Shown here: positions 51,642-61,636 of the stretch, piece by piece
Position numbering within the stretch: the first letter of the stretch is position 1
How the letters are laid out: every line of letters begins with the position of its first letter
From: a virus
IMG/VR virus record: IMGVR_UViG_3300022225_001767
DNA: 64,000 nt
Direction: 5' to 3' (one strand)
Translations under genes and position numbers: made by a program
Notes under the pieces: model-generated
The model's input: the letters and a program-made list of their open reading frames with translations, nothing else
What the model was told of the DNA's origin: nothing
Database searches by the model: none

Positions 51642-51813
51642 TATGTAAACCCTGTGTGTTGACGATTTATGCCAATTATATCTAAATAAAGCCGTTAAAT
51701 CAACATAAAAGTGCGAGCGTTGCCCTCGCTATGATGCCGCAAAACCAAAACAATTGACTTCACTCACAGGCTGTGAGACACTTCTTTTTGTCAACACAAC
51801 ACAGGAATACATT

Positions 51814-52332
51814 ATGACAATTGTACTGCAAACAGCACTCGCACCGACGCAAATGGTTCAGCACGTTGAAAACTTATTTGCTGCAATTGAACGCCACTAT
51901 ATGGTTGAGCACAGCGAACGCAGCGCCAGCTACGGGCTGTCTATTCAGTTCGGACGTAACCCCATCAAAGAAAACAGCTTAAAGTTTGTACCTAAAGATG
52001 ACAGTGGCTATATGGAACTGTACATTTACAACATCAGTGATACGCTAGCTAAGAAGCTAACCGGAAAAAGTGCGGTTGAACTTGGTGAAGAGGCAAAACG
52101 CCGTCGAGAAGAGGGGAACGCACGGATCAGCGAGGCATACGCCGAGCCCGTTGCCTCATTTTTTGGTACTAGTGGCGTCAATCTTGATGTTAATACCTAC
52201 ATGGGCTCAACCGTTAATGTGCACTACACCTTCCACACGATAGATGAAAACACCCTATCTGTGATCAGCACATTACTACAGCACTGCGGCATGACGCCAA
52301 AAGCACCGAGCATTATGGCCTACGCCCTGTAA
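51814..52332 (+). CDS. hypothetical protein
   Basis: ATG after cassette. Confidence 0.72.
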   Translation: MTIVLQTALAPTQMVQHVENLFAAIERHYMVEHSERSASYGLSIQFGRNPIKENSLKFVPKDDSGYMELYIYNISDTLAKKLTGKSAVELGEEAKRRREEGNARISEAYAEPVASFFGTSGVNLDVNTYMGSTVNVHYTFHTIDENTLSVISTLLQHCGMTPKAPSIMAYAL

Positions 52333-52432
52333 TGGCTAAGAGCGCGGACGTTTGGGTTCGCGCTAAAAACCAACTTGACAACACTCTCAGATTTTGAGAT
52401 ACTTGTTTTGTCAACACAACGCAGGAATTTTT

Positions 52433-52675
52433 ATGTCGCCGACCGCTCTTTTGCTTATCACGCTGGCTTCTATTTTCGTCTTTTACTTATGGCCGATAAT
52501 TGTTTACCCGTTCCAGCTACGCCCCTATACAATCAAAAACAGTTGTGACCGCGACTGTGGCATTATCTGGCTCACGCAAAAAGAGTGCACAGCCATCACC
52601 ACCGACATTGATAACGCCACGCTTCACCGCGCGCCATTTAGACCTGCGCTTCTGGACTTGCTGAAGAGAAATTAG
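52433..52675 (+). CDS. small membrane-anchored protein
   Basis: N-terminal TM segment; after cassette. Confidence 0.65.
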   Translation: MSPTALLLITLASIFVFYLWPIIVYPFQLRPYTIKNSCDRDCGIIWLTQKECTAITTDIDNATLHRAPFRPALLDLLKRN

Positions 52676-52695
52676 CCTGCTTACTGGGATTAACT

Positions 52696-53208
52696 ATGCA
52701 AAAAATAACACTCACCTTGTCTGCGTTTGATATTCAAAACATCGGCGCTGACGTAAGAAAATTACACGTCTTAACCCAAGATGACACCGATCAAAAGGAA
52801 CTGTATAAACGCGTCGAGTCACTGACTGCGTTCAGACAGTTTGTGCGCGATAAGTTGGTGCGGTTAGATAAAATTGACGCCCTCGATAGTGGGAAACTGC
52901 CCAAGAATCTCGCGGCTTGCTTTTACAAGGCTGAAGGTGAACGTAACGGGCTTAAGCACCAAGCCAATCAGCTTAAAAAACGCGTCGCTCAAGAGGGCGC
53001 TTATTACTTCAATCTTTACGTCGAAGAGGTGCTCTTCAAAGTCTATGACGCCTGCGTCGGTGATGACTTTTACACCCACCCTCACGGGTATGAGGCTTAC
53101 CAGATTGCCTGCAAAGAGATTGCTGAACGCTATCCTGAGTATTACAGCACCGTTATCGCTGTCATTAGTGTTGCATTGGGTGCATCGCAATCACACAAAA
53201 AAGATTGA
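52696..53208 (+). CDS. hypothetical protein
   Basis: 170-aa ORF. Confidence 0.7.
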   Translation: MQKITLTLSAFDIQNIGADVRKLHVLTQDDTDQKELYKRVESLTAFRQFVRDKLVRLDKIDALDSGKLPKNLAACFYKAEGERNGLKHQANQLKKRVAQEGAYYFNLYVEEVLFKVYDACVGDDFYTHPHGYEAYQIACKEIAERYPEYYSTVIAVISVALGASQSHKKD

Positions 53209-53264
53209 CAATACACACAGTTTTTGAGATGCTGGTCATGTCAACACAGCAATGAGGAAAACAC

Positions 53265-53534
53265 ATGGCCTTCATCAAAACCGTAAACCTTTGGGATCCC
53301 GCTATCGCCCGCCAAATCGAGGATGGCACGCTTGTCCTTCAAACAGGCCAATGGGTAACGTGCGGGAGTGATGGCATGAAAAGCCGCTTTGTCGGGTTTG
53401 ACGCGAAGCGGAAAACCTACGATGTCGTGCACGGCGCCACCATTGAGGAAGTTAACCGACGCTTTGCTGAACGCATCAAGTTTCGTCGATTAGCACACAA
53501 ACGCCACCACGACATGCGTGCGCTTGCAGCATAA
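53265..53534 (+). CDS. hypothetical protein
   Basis: ATG after cassette. Confidence 0.72.
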   Translation: MAFIKTVNLWDPAIARQIEDGTLVLQTGQWVTCGSDGMKSRFVGFDAKRKTYDVVHGATIEEVNRRFAERIKFRRLAHKRHHDMRALAA

Positions 53535-53589
53535 CGCGCTAGCGGGCCTGTAGGCTCGCTTCCACCACCACGTTTTACCAAGGATCATC

Positions 53590-54504
53590 ATGAACAATAC
53601 AAACACAGGTCACATTGAACTAACGACTGAATGCGGCACCCCGCTTCGCGCTATCGTCATCGACAGCGGCACGCCTGACGTTCCATCGACCATCCAATTT
53701 TTCGATGCTGACGCCTCATCAGTGAAGCCGGTTTCAGAAATCTCCCAGACCCTGTTTACCATCTCTTTTGAAAAAGGGTTGTACAAGGAACGCTTTGTGT
53801 TGCCTGACGCACCTCAATCCACCAGCCTTAACTTTGATCAAGCAGGTAAACTTTACGCTTGGCTTGATAAAGGCCGGGACACGCTGTCTCCTTTCATTGA
53901 GCAGCCTTTATTGGGCGAAAAACAGCGTCGTAAATTGCTTTCCATGCTTATTTCGCTTGCTGCAAAAATCAACACCATGCCGGATAAAAGCTATAACGTA
54001 GACGTGGTCAAAGTGCGCTATATACCGCTACTCATTTTGCAGATCACGCAAGGGCAAAAGCCTTCTTTGGCCGCTATCATTGCCATTGAAAATTTAATCA
54101 ACCCAGAAGGTGACGCAGAAATGTGGTCGACCGACATGCTGGCCTTTCTAAAGGAAGCAGGGTTGCAGGATGTTCTCAAAATCGTTGTGTCTACCATGAA
54201 GCAGGCGAGTGAAAGGGAGAGCGTCGCTTGGATCACTAAAGCAATACAGGGGGGCTCGCCACTCACACGCTATGTATGGTCAGACTTCAACCCTTTCATC
54301 TTCGCCGAGCAGTATTATCGAATCTGCCCTGCAAGCATGCAAAAACGCTTGCTGTGCGCTGATCCTCATATTTTTGAGGTAATGTTACACAACGGCGAAA
54401 TTGACGTGCAAACGCTCTCTTACGACGACTTGATGTTGTTTTTGTCATTGGTAGATGATCCTGCCGAAATCGCAGCAAAACTTAACGATGTCACCACTGG
54501 GTGA
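53590..54504 (+). CDS. hypothetical protein
   Basis: AAGGA RBS. Confidence 0.72.
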   Translation: MNNTNTGHIELTTECGTPLRAIVIDSGTPDVPSTIQFFDADASSVKPVSEISQTLFTISFEKGLYKERFVLPDAPQSTSLNFDQAGKLYAWLDKGRDTLSPFIEQPLLGEKQRRKLLSMLISLAAKINTMPDKSYNVDVVKVRYIPLLILQITQGQKPSLAAIIAIENLINPEGDAEMWSTDMLAFLKEAGLQDVLKIVVSTMKQASERESVAWITKAIQGGSPLTRYVWSDFNPFIFAEQYYRICPASMQKRLLCADPHIFEVMLHNGEIDVQTLSYDDLMLFLSLVDDPAEIAAKLNDVTTG

Positions 54505-54566
54505 CATCGGCCTTGACAACCCTCACTTATTTACACTTATCCTGTCAACACAACGCTGAGGAAGCC

Positions 54567-54929
54567 ATGTCAGAATTAATGCACCGTCAAATAACACGCG
54601 CCGCCACATCACTCGGCTGGTCAGCATCAGAAGCAAACCTTGATGTTTTTGCCACTAAGCGCACCGGCGGCATACCAGGCGCACAAGAGGCTCGCCTATT
54701 GTTAGGTTATGAAGGGCGTCGCGTCCGCTTAACCGGCGAGTGTATTATCGATGGTGTCAATGTGCTATCACACCTCACAGGCTATGTGCCTACCAACGCG
54801 AGCGTTACGGACATTAACTTGGCCGTCAGTGGCTTTATAGGGGTGGTGCACGCGACGCTTGATGATGTCAAAATGTCTCGTATACATCACGCGAAACTTA
54901 TATCGCGCCACGGCCTTGCTTTTCACTAA
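54567..54929 (+). CDS. hypothetical protein
   Basis: GAGG RBS after shortened cassette. Confidence 0.68.
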   Translation: MSELMHRQITRAATSLGWSASEANLDVFATKRTGGIPGAQEARLLLGYEGRRVRLTGECIIDGVNVLSHLTGYVPTNASVTDINLAVSGFIGVVHATLDDVKMSRIHHAKLISRHGLAFH

Positions 54930-55398
54930 TCACGCATTGGATATTACCTATGTCACAAAAACAAACCGAATTCGCCCTTTGTGTTCGTCAAAAACAGTTT
55001 GTCATCACACGTAATGGTCACACCATGTTCTTAGAGGATGTGCTAAAGGAAATTCATGCGCTACAGCGTGAAAACGCAGAACTTCGCCACCAGCTTGCAT
55101 TACGCACAAAAGAAAGCGGCTAACTACTTTTTGCGTTAATATCACAACGTGAGTTCAGGTATTGATATGGAGAAAACAATGGCTACATCTGGCTTTGAAA
55201 GCGCGATAGATGAACATATCGAGCGCCACATAAATCCTGATGAATCATCGCCTGAAAAGGCAGGGGAAGACGGTGAGAACGTGGTTGATAGCATCGACAG
55301 TGAAACAGCGTAGCTGCGCGTAATATTGAGCCGCACCCATTGACAACCCACACTGATTGTGAGACACTACATGCAGTCAACACAACAGAGTCAATGCA

Positions 55399-55869
55399 AT
55401 GAACAAACAACGCATCACCCCTTTTGCAATCACAGCGCCTGTTTTTCAAAAAGGTAACACTTTTACGCAAATTAAAACAAGCGCCCGTCTTCTACCTTCT
55501 TGCATTACCTCTGAAGAACATGCCAACATCAATGTAAAACCCAGCTTCAGCCGATGCGCTTATCGTATCACCCAACCCGCATTAAGCGATGCACCTTCTC
55601 GATTGCGCGCGGTGCCGACGAGTCGTTTAAAATCGCAATCTGTCTGTTTTGACCATGATGACTTTGGTTGTATAACGATAACCCGTCACAACATCGACTT
55701 TTACTGTATTTCTGTCATCGTACCCGACGACATAGAAAGTAAGGCGGTGGCAGATATGGAACAGGCGCTTGTGAGCATCTATTATGATACACTAAACAAA
55801 CTTGTTGGCGAGTGTCGTGACATGTTGTCGCTTATGACTGCGCACATCGAAGCAGCAACAAGCCGTTAA
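55399..55869 (+). CDS. hypothetical protein
   Basis: ATG after cassette. Confidence 0.65.
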   Translation: MNKQRITPFAITAPVFQKGNTFTQIKTSARLLPSCITSEEHANINVKPSFSRCAYRITQPALSDAPSRLRAVPTSRLKSQSVCFDHDDFGCITITRHNIDFYCISVIVPDDIESKAVADMEQALVSIYYDTLNKLVGECRDMLSLMTAHIEAATSR

Positions 55870-55895
55870 GCTTAATTAAAACAAGGAGTACGCTT

Positions 55896-56507
55896 ATGTA
55901 CATCACTGCTATGGCTTCAGCGCTAAACTATGCTGATGCGCTACTTGCTACCATCGAATCTCACCTTGCTCAGAAAGGCGACAAGTCTGACAATGACAAT
56001 GATATTGACATCGAGACGCCACCCACATCATTCCTAATGAGCGTTGACATCAAATTGGCGGCATTAACGCTAGAGGCAAAATCCGCTCATCTTGCATGGC
56101 AAGCCCAGTCTATCCTTTTGCAAAGTGCCCGAGATAATCATGCCTCCCCGCACCTCATTGCTACTGAGAAAGAGAAACTCGATGTTGCATTGGCTAATGC
56201 GCACAACGCGTTGAAATCCCTTCGTGAACACCTCAACACGTGCCACATTAAACCCAAGAAAACATTACCTCACCATATGGAGTTTCGGGCTGGCGGCGAA
56301 CGCTTTGTTGCCTCACTAACGACAGAGCACTCAGTTGATTTCAGTCTCTCTTACGAAGGCAAAAGGCAAATGCGCTGTTCCCTGCCAAGCCTCCGCTTTG
56401 CACTAGATAAATGCGAACTAAGGGGCAGTGGTGGAAACGTATTCAGCCTACCTGAAAAAACGCAAAGTCTGATCATGGATTGGGTTGCGGCCATCGTGGA
56501 CAGTTGA
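55896..56507 (+). CDS. hypothetical protein
   Basis: AAGGAG RBS. Confidence 0.72.
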   Translation: MYITAMASALNYADALLATIESHLAQKGDKSDNDNDIDIETPPTSFLMSVDIKLAALTLEAKSAHLAWQAQSILLQSARDNHASPHLIATEKEKLDVALANAHNALKSLREHLNTCHIKPKKTLPHHMEFRAGGERFVASLTTEHSVDFSLSYEGKRQMRCSLPSLRFALDKCELRGSGGNVFSLPEKTQSLIMDWVAAIVDS

Positions 56508-56580
56508 CACGTTCCCTGTTGACTTTTCACACTACTCTTGAGATAATTTAACCGTCAACACAACTCGGAGTTAATCCATT

Positions 56581-57249
56581 ATGAGCAAGCCTTTATTTAA
56601 CACTGCCGTTGATGCCGCAACAGCAGCACGGCTTTTTGCCAAATCAACACTGGATGCGGCAGCAGGGGAGACAAGCACGGCTATTGCAGACATTGCAAGC
56701 CTACCCACAGAAAGCATCTCTCTGGTAAGCCAACGGCTTGCTGTTCAAGTCGCATTGGTCAACAGCGCGATTGTCGAGTGGTCAAGATGCGCACTTTCAC
56801 ATTACGCCTTTAAAACCGCTGCTGAGTTCACCTCAGATAACGCTGAGATGAAAGCAGCACTTGAACGAGAGATGTGCACCCACCAAGGCGCTGTAAACCG
56901 TGCCAAAGAGACCGCTGCGATGCATGCCGCATCATTACTGTCTGTGGCAAATGACATACTTGGTTTGCGTGTATCGACTAAGAATATGGATATTGTTCAT
57001 CGGCGTGAAGCGTTCGCTGTCACGCTGACGGTTCATCCACCCGAATCTGGCGAGGATGATTCACTTGTACTAGTCAACAAGGAGAATCAAGAAGCCTACA
57101 CAGTCTCGGTATCAAGCTTTTTGAAACAAGCTGATGATGTTGGTAGCGTCGCGTTCACAGGCAGAGAAAAAACATACCACTTGATCTCGCCGTCCGTTGA
57201 GCTCGTTTACCTATGGATTGACGCCAACAGACCGCCAGCTAAGCCTTAG
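56581..57249 (+). CDS. hypothetical protein
   Basis: ATG after cassette; terminator 57266-57296. Confidence 0.72.
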   Translation: MSKPLFNTAVDAATAARLFAKSTLDAAAGETSTAIADIASLPTESISLVSQRLAVQVALVNSAIVEWSRCALSHYAFKTAAEFTSDNAEMKAALEREMCTHQGAVNRAKETAAMHAASLLSVANDILGLRVSTKNMDIVHRREAFAVTLTVHPPESGEDDSLVLVNKENQEAYTVSVSSFLKQADDVGSVAFTGREKTYHLISPSVELVYLWIDANRPPAKP

Positions 57250-57495
57250 CGGACACATTGAACGTAAAAAAAAGAGGCTACACCAAGCCTCTTTTTATGG
57301 TAACTTTAACGCTACTTTTTTCGTCTACGCGCTGCAAGCAAGCCTAACAACCCAAAAGCGCTAATGGCTAATGGTGCGGATGCATCAATCAGATTACCTT
57401 GCGCGTTAAGCGCAATGCCGTTCATTGAATATTTCATTGACAACACTCTCAGAGTTTGAGATACTGGTTTTGTCAGCACAACAATGAGGTTTCAC

Positions 57496-57753
57496 ATGAT
57501 CATTCATACCGAAAACACAGCGAAGAAAGCACCTGAAACGTTTTCGTACTATTTCAGCCACGCCACCGGAAAAATGGTGCACTTTGCTTCTCGCACCAAT
57601 GCAGTGAATTCACCTTCCATGCTGATTGAGATTGTTGTCGATGCCCACCTTTATGCGCAAGACATTGATGTTATTCTTGATATCAATCTTCCTAAAGCCC
57701 AACAGGCCGCGACAGCTGCTATTGAAAAACAACAAAGTGAGGCAACTGTATGA
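57496..57753 (+). CDS. hypothetical protein
   Basis: GAGG RBS after cassette. Confidence 0.65.
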   Translation: MIIHTENTAKKAPETFSYYFSHATGKMVHFASRTNAVNSPSMLIEIVVDAHLYAQDIDVILDINLPKAQQAATAAIEKQQSEATV

Positions 57754-58109
57754 CTTACAGTATAAAATGGGACACGCTGAAAAAACGCGCCATAAAACAC
57801 TTTATGGGTGAAACCGATATCAACAATGGCCTGATTGGAGGGGCGAGCCGAGACCTTGCTATTGCGGCCATCATGAAACACAACATCACACCTTCGTCAT
57901 CGCCACTATGCGATGAAAGCAACAACAACTGGCGCGCCCTTTTTGAGGCTGAGCGTCAAGAGGGTCAGCGAACCATTTCGCATTGGGATGTTAGATTGGC
58001 GCAGACGCTTATCGCAAAATTTCCTACCATTATCAGCGCTAAATATGCCAATGTGAAACCTGATGCTGATGTGAATGACAAAGGCGAATGGGTGCTCTTT
58101 TTCTCTTAG
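57750..58109 (+). CDS. hypothetical protein
   Basis: ATGA overlap. Confidence 0.68.
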   Translation: MTYSIKWDTLKKRAIKHFMGETDINNGLIGGASRDLAIAAIMKHNITPSSSPLCDESNNNWRALFEAERQEGQRTISHWDVRLAQTLIAKFPTIISAKYANVKPDADVNDKGEWVLFFS

Positions 58110-58195
58110 TGTAACGCAGCAATAGACGTAAACCTGTTGACAATCCACACAGGTTTTGAGATACTAACCTTGTCAACACAACAGGAGATAACGCT

Positions 58196-58900
58196 ATGTC
58201 AACTTTCGAGAAACAATGGGGCACACTTCATTTTTCTAAATCAGGCTACCCCGCTTTTGTGCGCCTTGTAAGGAAAGAGTACAACAGCTACATCGCGGAA
58301 CTGCGCGACAACGCCTTAAAGGCACACGCTAAATTAGCCAAGCTTAAGCCTCGCGAGCGCAAGGGGGCGTTTGATAGCATGGTCTCTAGGAACACACTAT
58401 ACCTTAATCCTCCGCGTGAAAGTCACAATTGTCTCGTTTACTCAAACGGCTTTGAGTCATCGGCTGCCGACTTGGACAAGCTTCGCGATGAAATGTTTCG
58501 CGGCAAAAATGACGCGCTGACGAAGCCACGCATGGGAAGCTTTCCAACGCTCACAAATAAACAGACTTCCTTTAGCATTGATTGTGATGACGGCACGTTT
58601 ACACTAGAGCAGTGCAGTGACGGCTCAGGGACGCTACATTGGCTCGTGCAATGGGATAATCATGCCGTTCGAGACGCTCAAAACACCGGCACTTACAGTG
58701 CGGTAGATGCCGCATTATCGAACCACAAATGGAGACGCAATGAAGGGGGCGAGTGGTACTATGAGGATGAGCATTCTCGCGAAGCCGCAGAGGAAAATGG
58801 CACAGAAAGCACATCTGTATCCTCTCGATTCGGGCCGCTAGGCGAACAGATGCATCATGATCGTTTCAACTTGTCTCGCGGCAAACGCAGGCGCGCTTAA
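58196..58900 (+). CDS. hypothetical protein
   Basis: ATG after cassette. Confidence 0.75.
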   Translation: MSTFEKQWGTLHFSKSGYPAFVRLVRKEYNSYIAELRDNALKAHAKLAKLKPRERKGAFDSMVSRNTLYLNPPRESHNCLVYSNGFESSAADLDKLRDEMFRGKNDALTKPRMGSFPTLTNKQTSFSIDCDDGTFTLEQCSDGSGTLHWLVQWDNHAVRDAQNTGTYSAVDAALSNHKWRRNEGGEWYYEDEHSREAAEENGTESTSVSSRFGPLGEQMHHDRFNLSRGKRRRA

Positions 58901-59187
58901 CCCTTAGCAGCAAACACAACGGCACAGCATAGGGTTGTGCCGATTATTTAAGCGGGAGACACTATGGCATTGCCTACATTCCATGAATTACTGTCACTTG
59001 GCATCAAAACGTATGGTGACGCTGATAGCGAAAGCGCAGACGGCATTTATGAATTAAATGGTGAGACGTATGTTTTAACAGGCACCACGGTTATCAAGCA
59101 AAGTGATGTTGATTAGGCTCATCGTCTATTGACAACGCTCATCGAATTTGCGATACTAACCCTGTCAACACAACAAAGGTTAGCCCC

Positions 59188-59703
59188 ATGAACTCAGCTT
59201 ACGCACATGCCAATTTTATCTTTTTGCTTCAACTTTCAGGTGAAGCCCTTAATTACGCGCTTGCTGATGCCATGAGATTGTCACCTCGCATCAATACCGC
59301 AACAGGCCGTACAGAAGTTCCTGTGACGCCAAAGCTTGAGCGAGTCATGAGTATAACTTTTCCTGAAGCGGAATACGGCAGCATGGTTGAATTCTCACCT
59401 GCCACTAACCCTGTCCACGCAGTGATCATTCAAAAGTCGTTTCGCATTAACGCCAAGCGTTTTGATACAACAGGCGACAAGTTCATTCCGCTTCGTAAAA
59501 ACAATACCACGTTTTCCCCTGACGATTCACGCAAAGCGGCCTACTTGACGGGTGATACGGTTATGGAAGCCACCACGCGCCTTGCGCTAATGCTGACGTT
59601 AGGATTGCATGGTATTAAAAACAACCTCCACGGCTATGATGCAGAAAGCGTGAAAATCAATTTTCGCCCCAGTGTCTTAGCACGCCTTCGGACTTTTCCG
59701 TAA
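59188..59703 (+). CDS. hypothetical protein
   Basis: ATG after cassette. Confidence 0.7.
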   Translation: MNSAYAHANFIFLLQLSGEALNYALADAMRLSPRINTATGRTEVPVTPKLERVMSITFPEAEYGSMVEFSPATNPVHAVIIQKSFRINAKRFDTTGDKFIPLRKNNTTFSPDDSRKAAYLTGDTVMEATTRLALMLTLGLHGIKNNLHGYDAESVKINFRPSVLARLRTFP

Positions 59704-59793
59704 GGCGAATCACCTATTAACACATCGTTTTATGTTGACTTTTTTGCTCAAATTTGAGACAATTTAATCGTCAACACAACCAGAGAGAAAACC

Positions 59794-60279
59794 ATGAGCA
59801 AAACCTTTAATCTTTTCGCGCCCGTTGTATCTGATTTGAACACCGTTGTTCAGCAGAACAAAAATACTGTATCTATCGCTTCACTTGTCAGTATTGCGGC
59901 AATCGCAGCCTTTCAAGCCACCATCAATATGGGCAAGCAGGATGTGATCACGAAGGTAGGCAAGCTTGACCCTGACTTCATCTTAACAGAAACTCGTCGC
60001 CCATTGTCGTTTTATGAACAAGCAGTGGTGTGTGCGGCTGAAGCGACCATCATCGAAACCCTGTCACTTCACAGCATCACGCCAGATGAAAAAATTCGTG
60101 ATATCATCGTAGAGCAATGGATAAACGAAGGGGCGTTTTTGACGGCTTCTCGCAGCACCGCAGGGTCAATGATGACAGAGGCAGAGCGTGCCGCTGCACG
60201 AGGCCGATCTGAAGAAGAAATTCTTGCCGAATTAGCTTCCGCAGAGGGCGGATGTGCGGGTGGTGCATGCACCATATAG
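59794..60279 (+). CDS. hypothetical protein with C-terminal GCAGGACTI Cys pair
   Basis: ATG after cassette; paralog of 12653-13144. Confidence 0.75.
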   Translation: MSKTFNLFAPVVSDLNTVVQQNKNTVSIASLVSIAAIAAFQATINMGKQDVITKVGKLDPDFILTETRRPLSFYEQAVVCAAEATIIETLSLHSITPDEKIRDIIVEQWINEGAFLTASRSTAGSMMTEAERAAARGRSEEEILAELASAEGGCAGGACTI

Positions 60280-60385
60280 GGTGCACTTTCGCCACTTCTC
60301 ACTTTTAGGTACGTTGCACGAAACGGCAGCCTGTTATGACACGCTGCCAACATCACCACGTTATAATCACCAACAAGGACACACT

Positions 60386-61105
60386 ATGCGTACGTCATTT
60401 GTCACCTTGCTGTTTTCTGTCTTTCTGTCTACATCGGCTTTCGCTGTTGATGTCGTAAAGAAAAGCAGTAGCGGTATTTGCCACGACACCAGCAGCAGCT
60501 GGTATGAAAAAACGAAGAACTTCACAGCCTATGCCACCATGGAGGCCTGTATTGATTCTGGTGGACGCGCACCGCGCAATTACACCGGCACCAAACCGAA
60601 AGACAACCTGCCGCAAGGCGAACGCTATGATCGCGACGCATGGGAACACTGGGTGGATGACGATAATGATTGTCAGAACACGCGCGCTGAGGTCTTGATT
60701 GCTCACTCAACGACCCCCGTTCTTTACAATAACATTATCAAACGATGTTATGTGACACGGGGGAAGTGGTATGGCGTCTACTCCGGCAAATTCTATTATG
60801 ACGACGACGATCTTGATATTGACCACATTGTGCCCCTTGCTTATGCGCATGCGCACGGTGGTGATAAATGGAGCGCCGCTCAAAAGCGTGCTTTTGCCAA
60901 CGATATGGACAACCTTCTCCCTGTTAGCGCATCATTAAACAGGCAGAAATCGGCAAAAGGGCCGACTGATTGGATGCCGCCCTATCAACCTTACCGCTGT
61001 GAGTATTTGGGTGAGTTTGACGGCATTATGAAAAAGTACTCCCTTGAGTATTTCCCTCACGAACTGCGCGTTATCAACAAAATGAAAAGCGCCTGCGGTA
61101 TGTAA
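60386..61105 (+). CDS. secreted HNH-family endonuclease (DUF1524-like)
   Basis: Signal peptide; YDRDAWEHW, CQNTRAEVL, LDIDHIVPL, NLLPVSASLNRQKS. Confidence 0.85.
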   Translation: MRTSFVTLLFSVFLSTSAFAVDVVKKSSSGICHDTSSSWYEKTKNFTAYATMEACIDSGGRAPRNYTGTKPKDNLPQGERYDRDAWEHWVDDDNDCQNTRAEVLIAHSTTPVLYNNIIKRCYVTRGKWYGVYSGKFYYDDDDLDIDHIVPLAYAHAHGGDKWSAAQKRAFANDMDNLLPVSASLNRQKSAKGPTDWMPPYQPYRCEYLGEFDGIMKKYSLEYFPHELRVINKMKSACGM

Positions 61106-61131
61106 ACACCAAGACGTTTATTGCATGTACT

Positions 61132-61159
61132 AAAAAAGCGCCTCATTTGGCGCTTTTTT
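61132..61159. terminator. bidirectional intrinsic terminator
   Basis: AAAAAAGCGCC-tcattt-GGCGCTTTTTT. Confidence 0.75.
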
Positions 61160-61180
61160 GATTTGTGACCCTTATCGGCA

Positions 61181-61561
61181 TTAGCACAGCAGGTCGACAA
61201 CAACGGCCAATCGCCGCTTCTGTTCATTTAATGCTTCCGCAAGAGTAACCAGTTCATCGTCGGCATCCGCCATTTGAGCCAGCATTACGATGCGCTTTGT
61301 GTGCTCTGCAATACTATGCGACAATTCCGACTTCATTGTTTCGAGGTCGGCCTTTGATGGTGTAGACGCATTAACCTTTGAAGTGAGCGCCTGCATATCA
61401 ACACCTTTTAACGTTCTGCCGATATGAATGTTACCCGACAGTGGGTTTAAGGCATTGCTAAAATAGAAACCATGCTTATTCTTTCTGAGCGTTAAATGCA
61501 TGGCTTTTTCTTTTGTGATAAGCGCACTTAAATGCACTTGTGTTACCGTGACTTCAGACAT
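61181..61561 (-). CDS. hypothetical protein
   Basis: AAGGAG RBS. Confidence 0.7.
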   Translation of the reverse strand: MSEVTVTQVHLSALITKEKAMHLTLRKNKHGFYFSNALNPLSGNIHIGRTLKGVDMQALTSKVNASTPSKADLETMKSELSHSIAEHTKRIVMLAQMADADDELVTLAEALNEQKRRLAVVVDLLC

Positions 61562-61636
61562 TGCTTTTCTCCTTGGTGGTGAAGTTAAATTATACCACCA
61601 TATGACCTATTTTCCAATTGCTTTTGCCCTTCTTAT

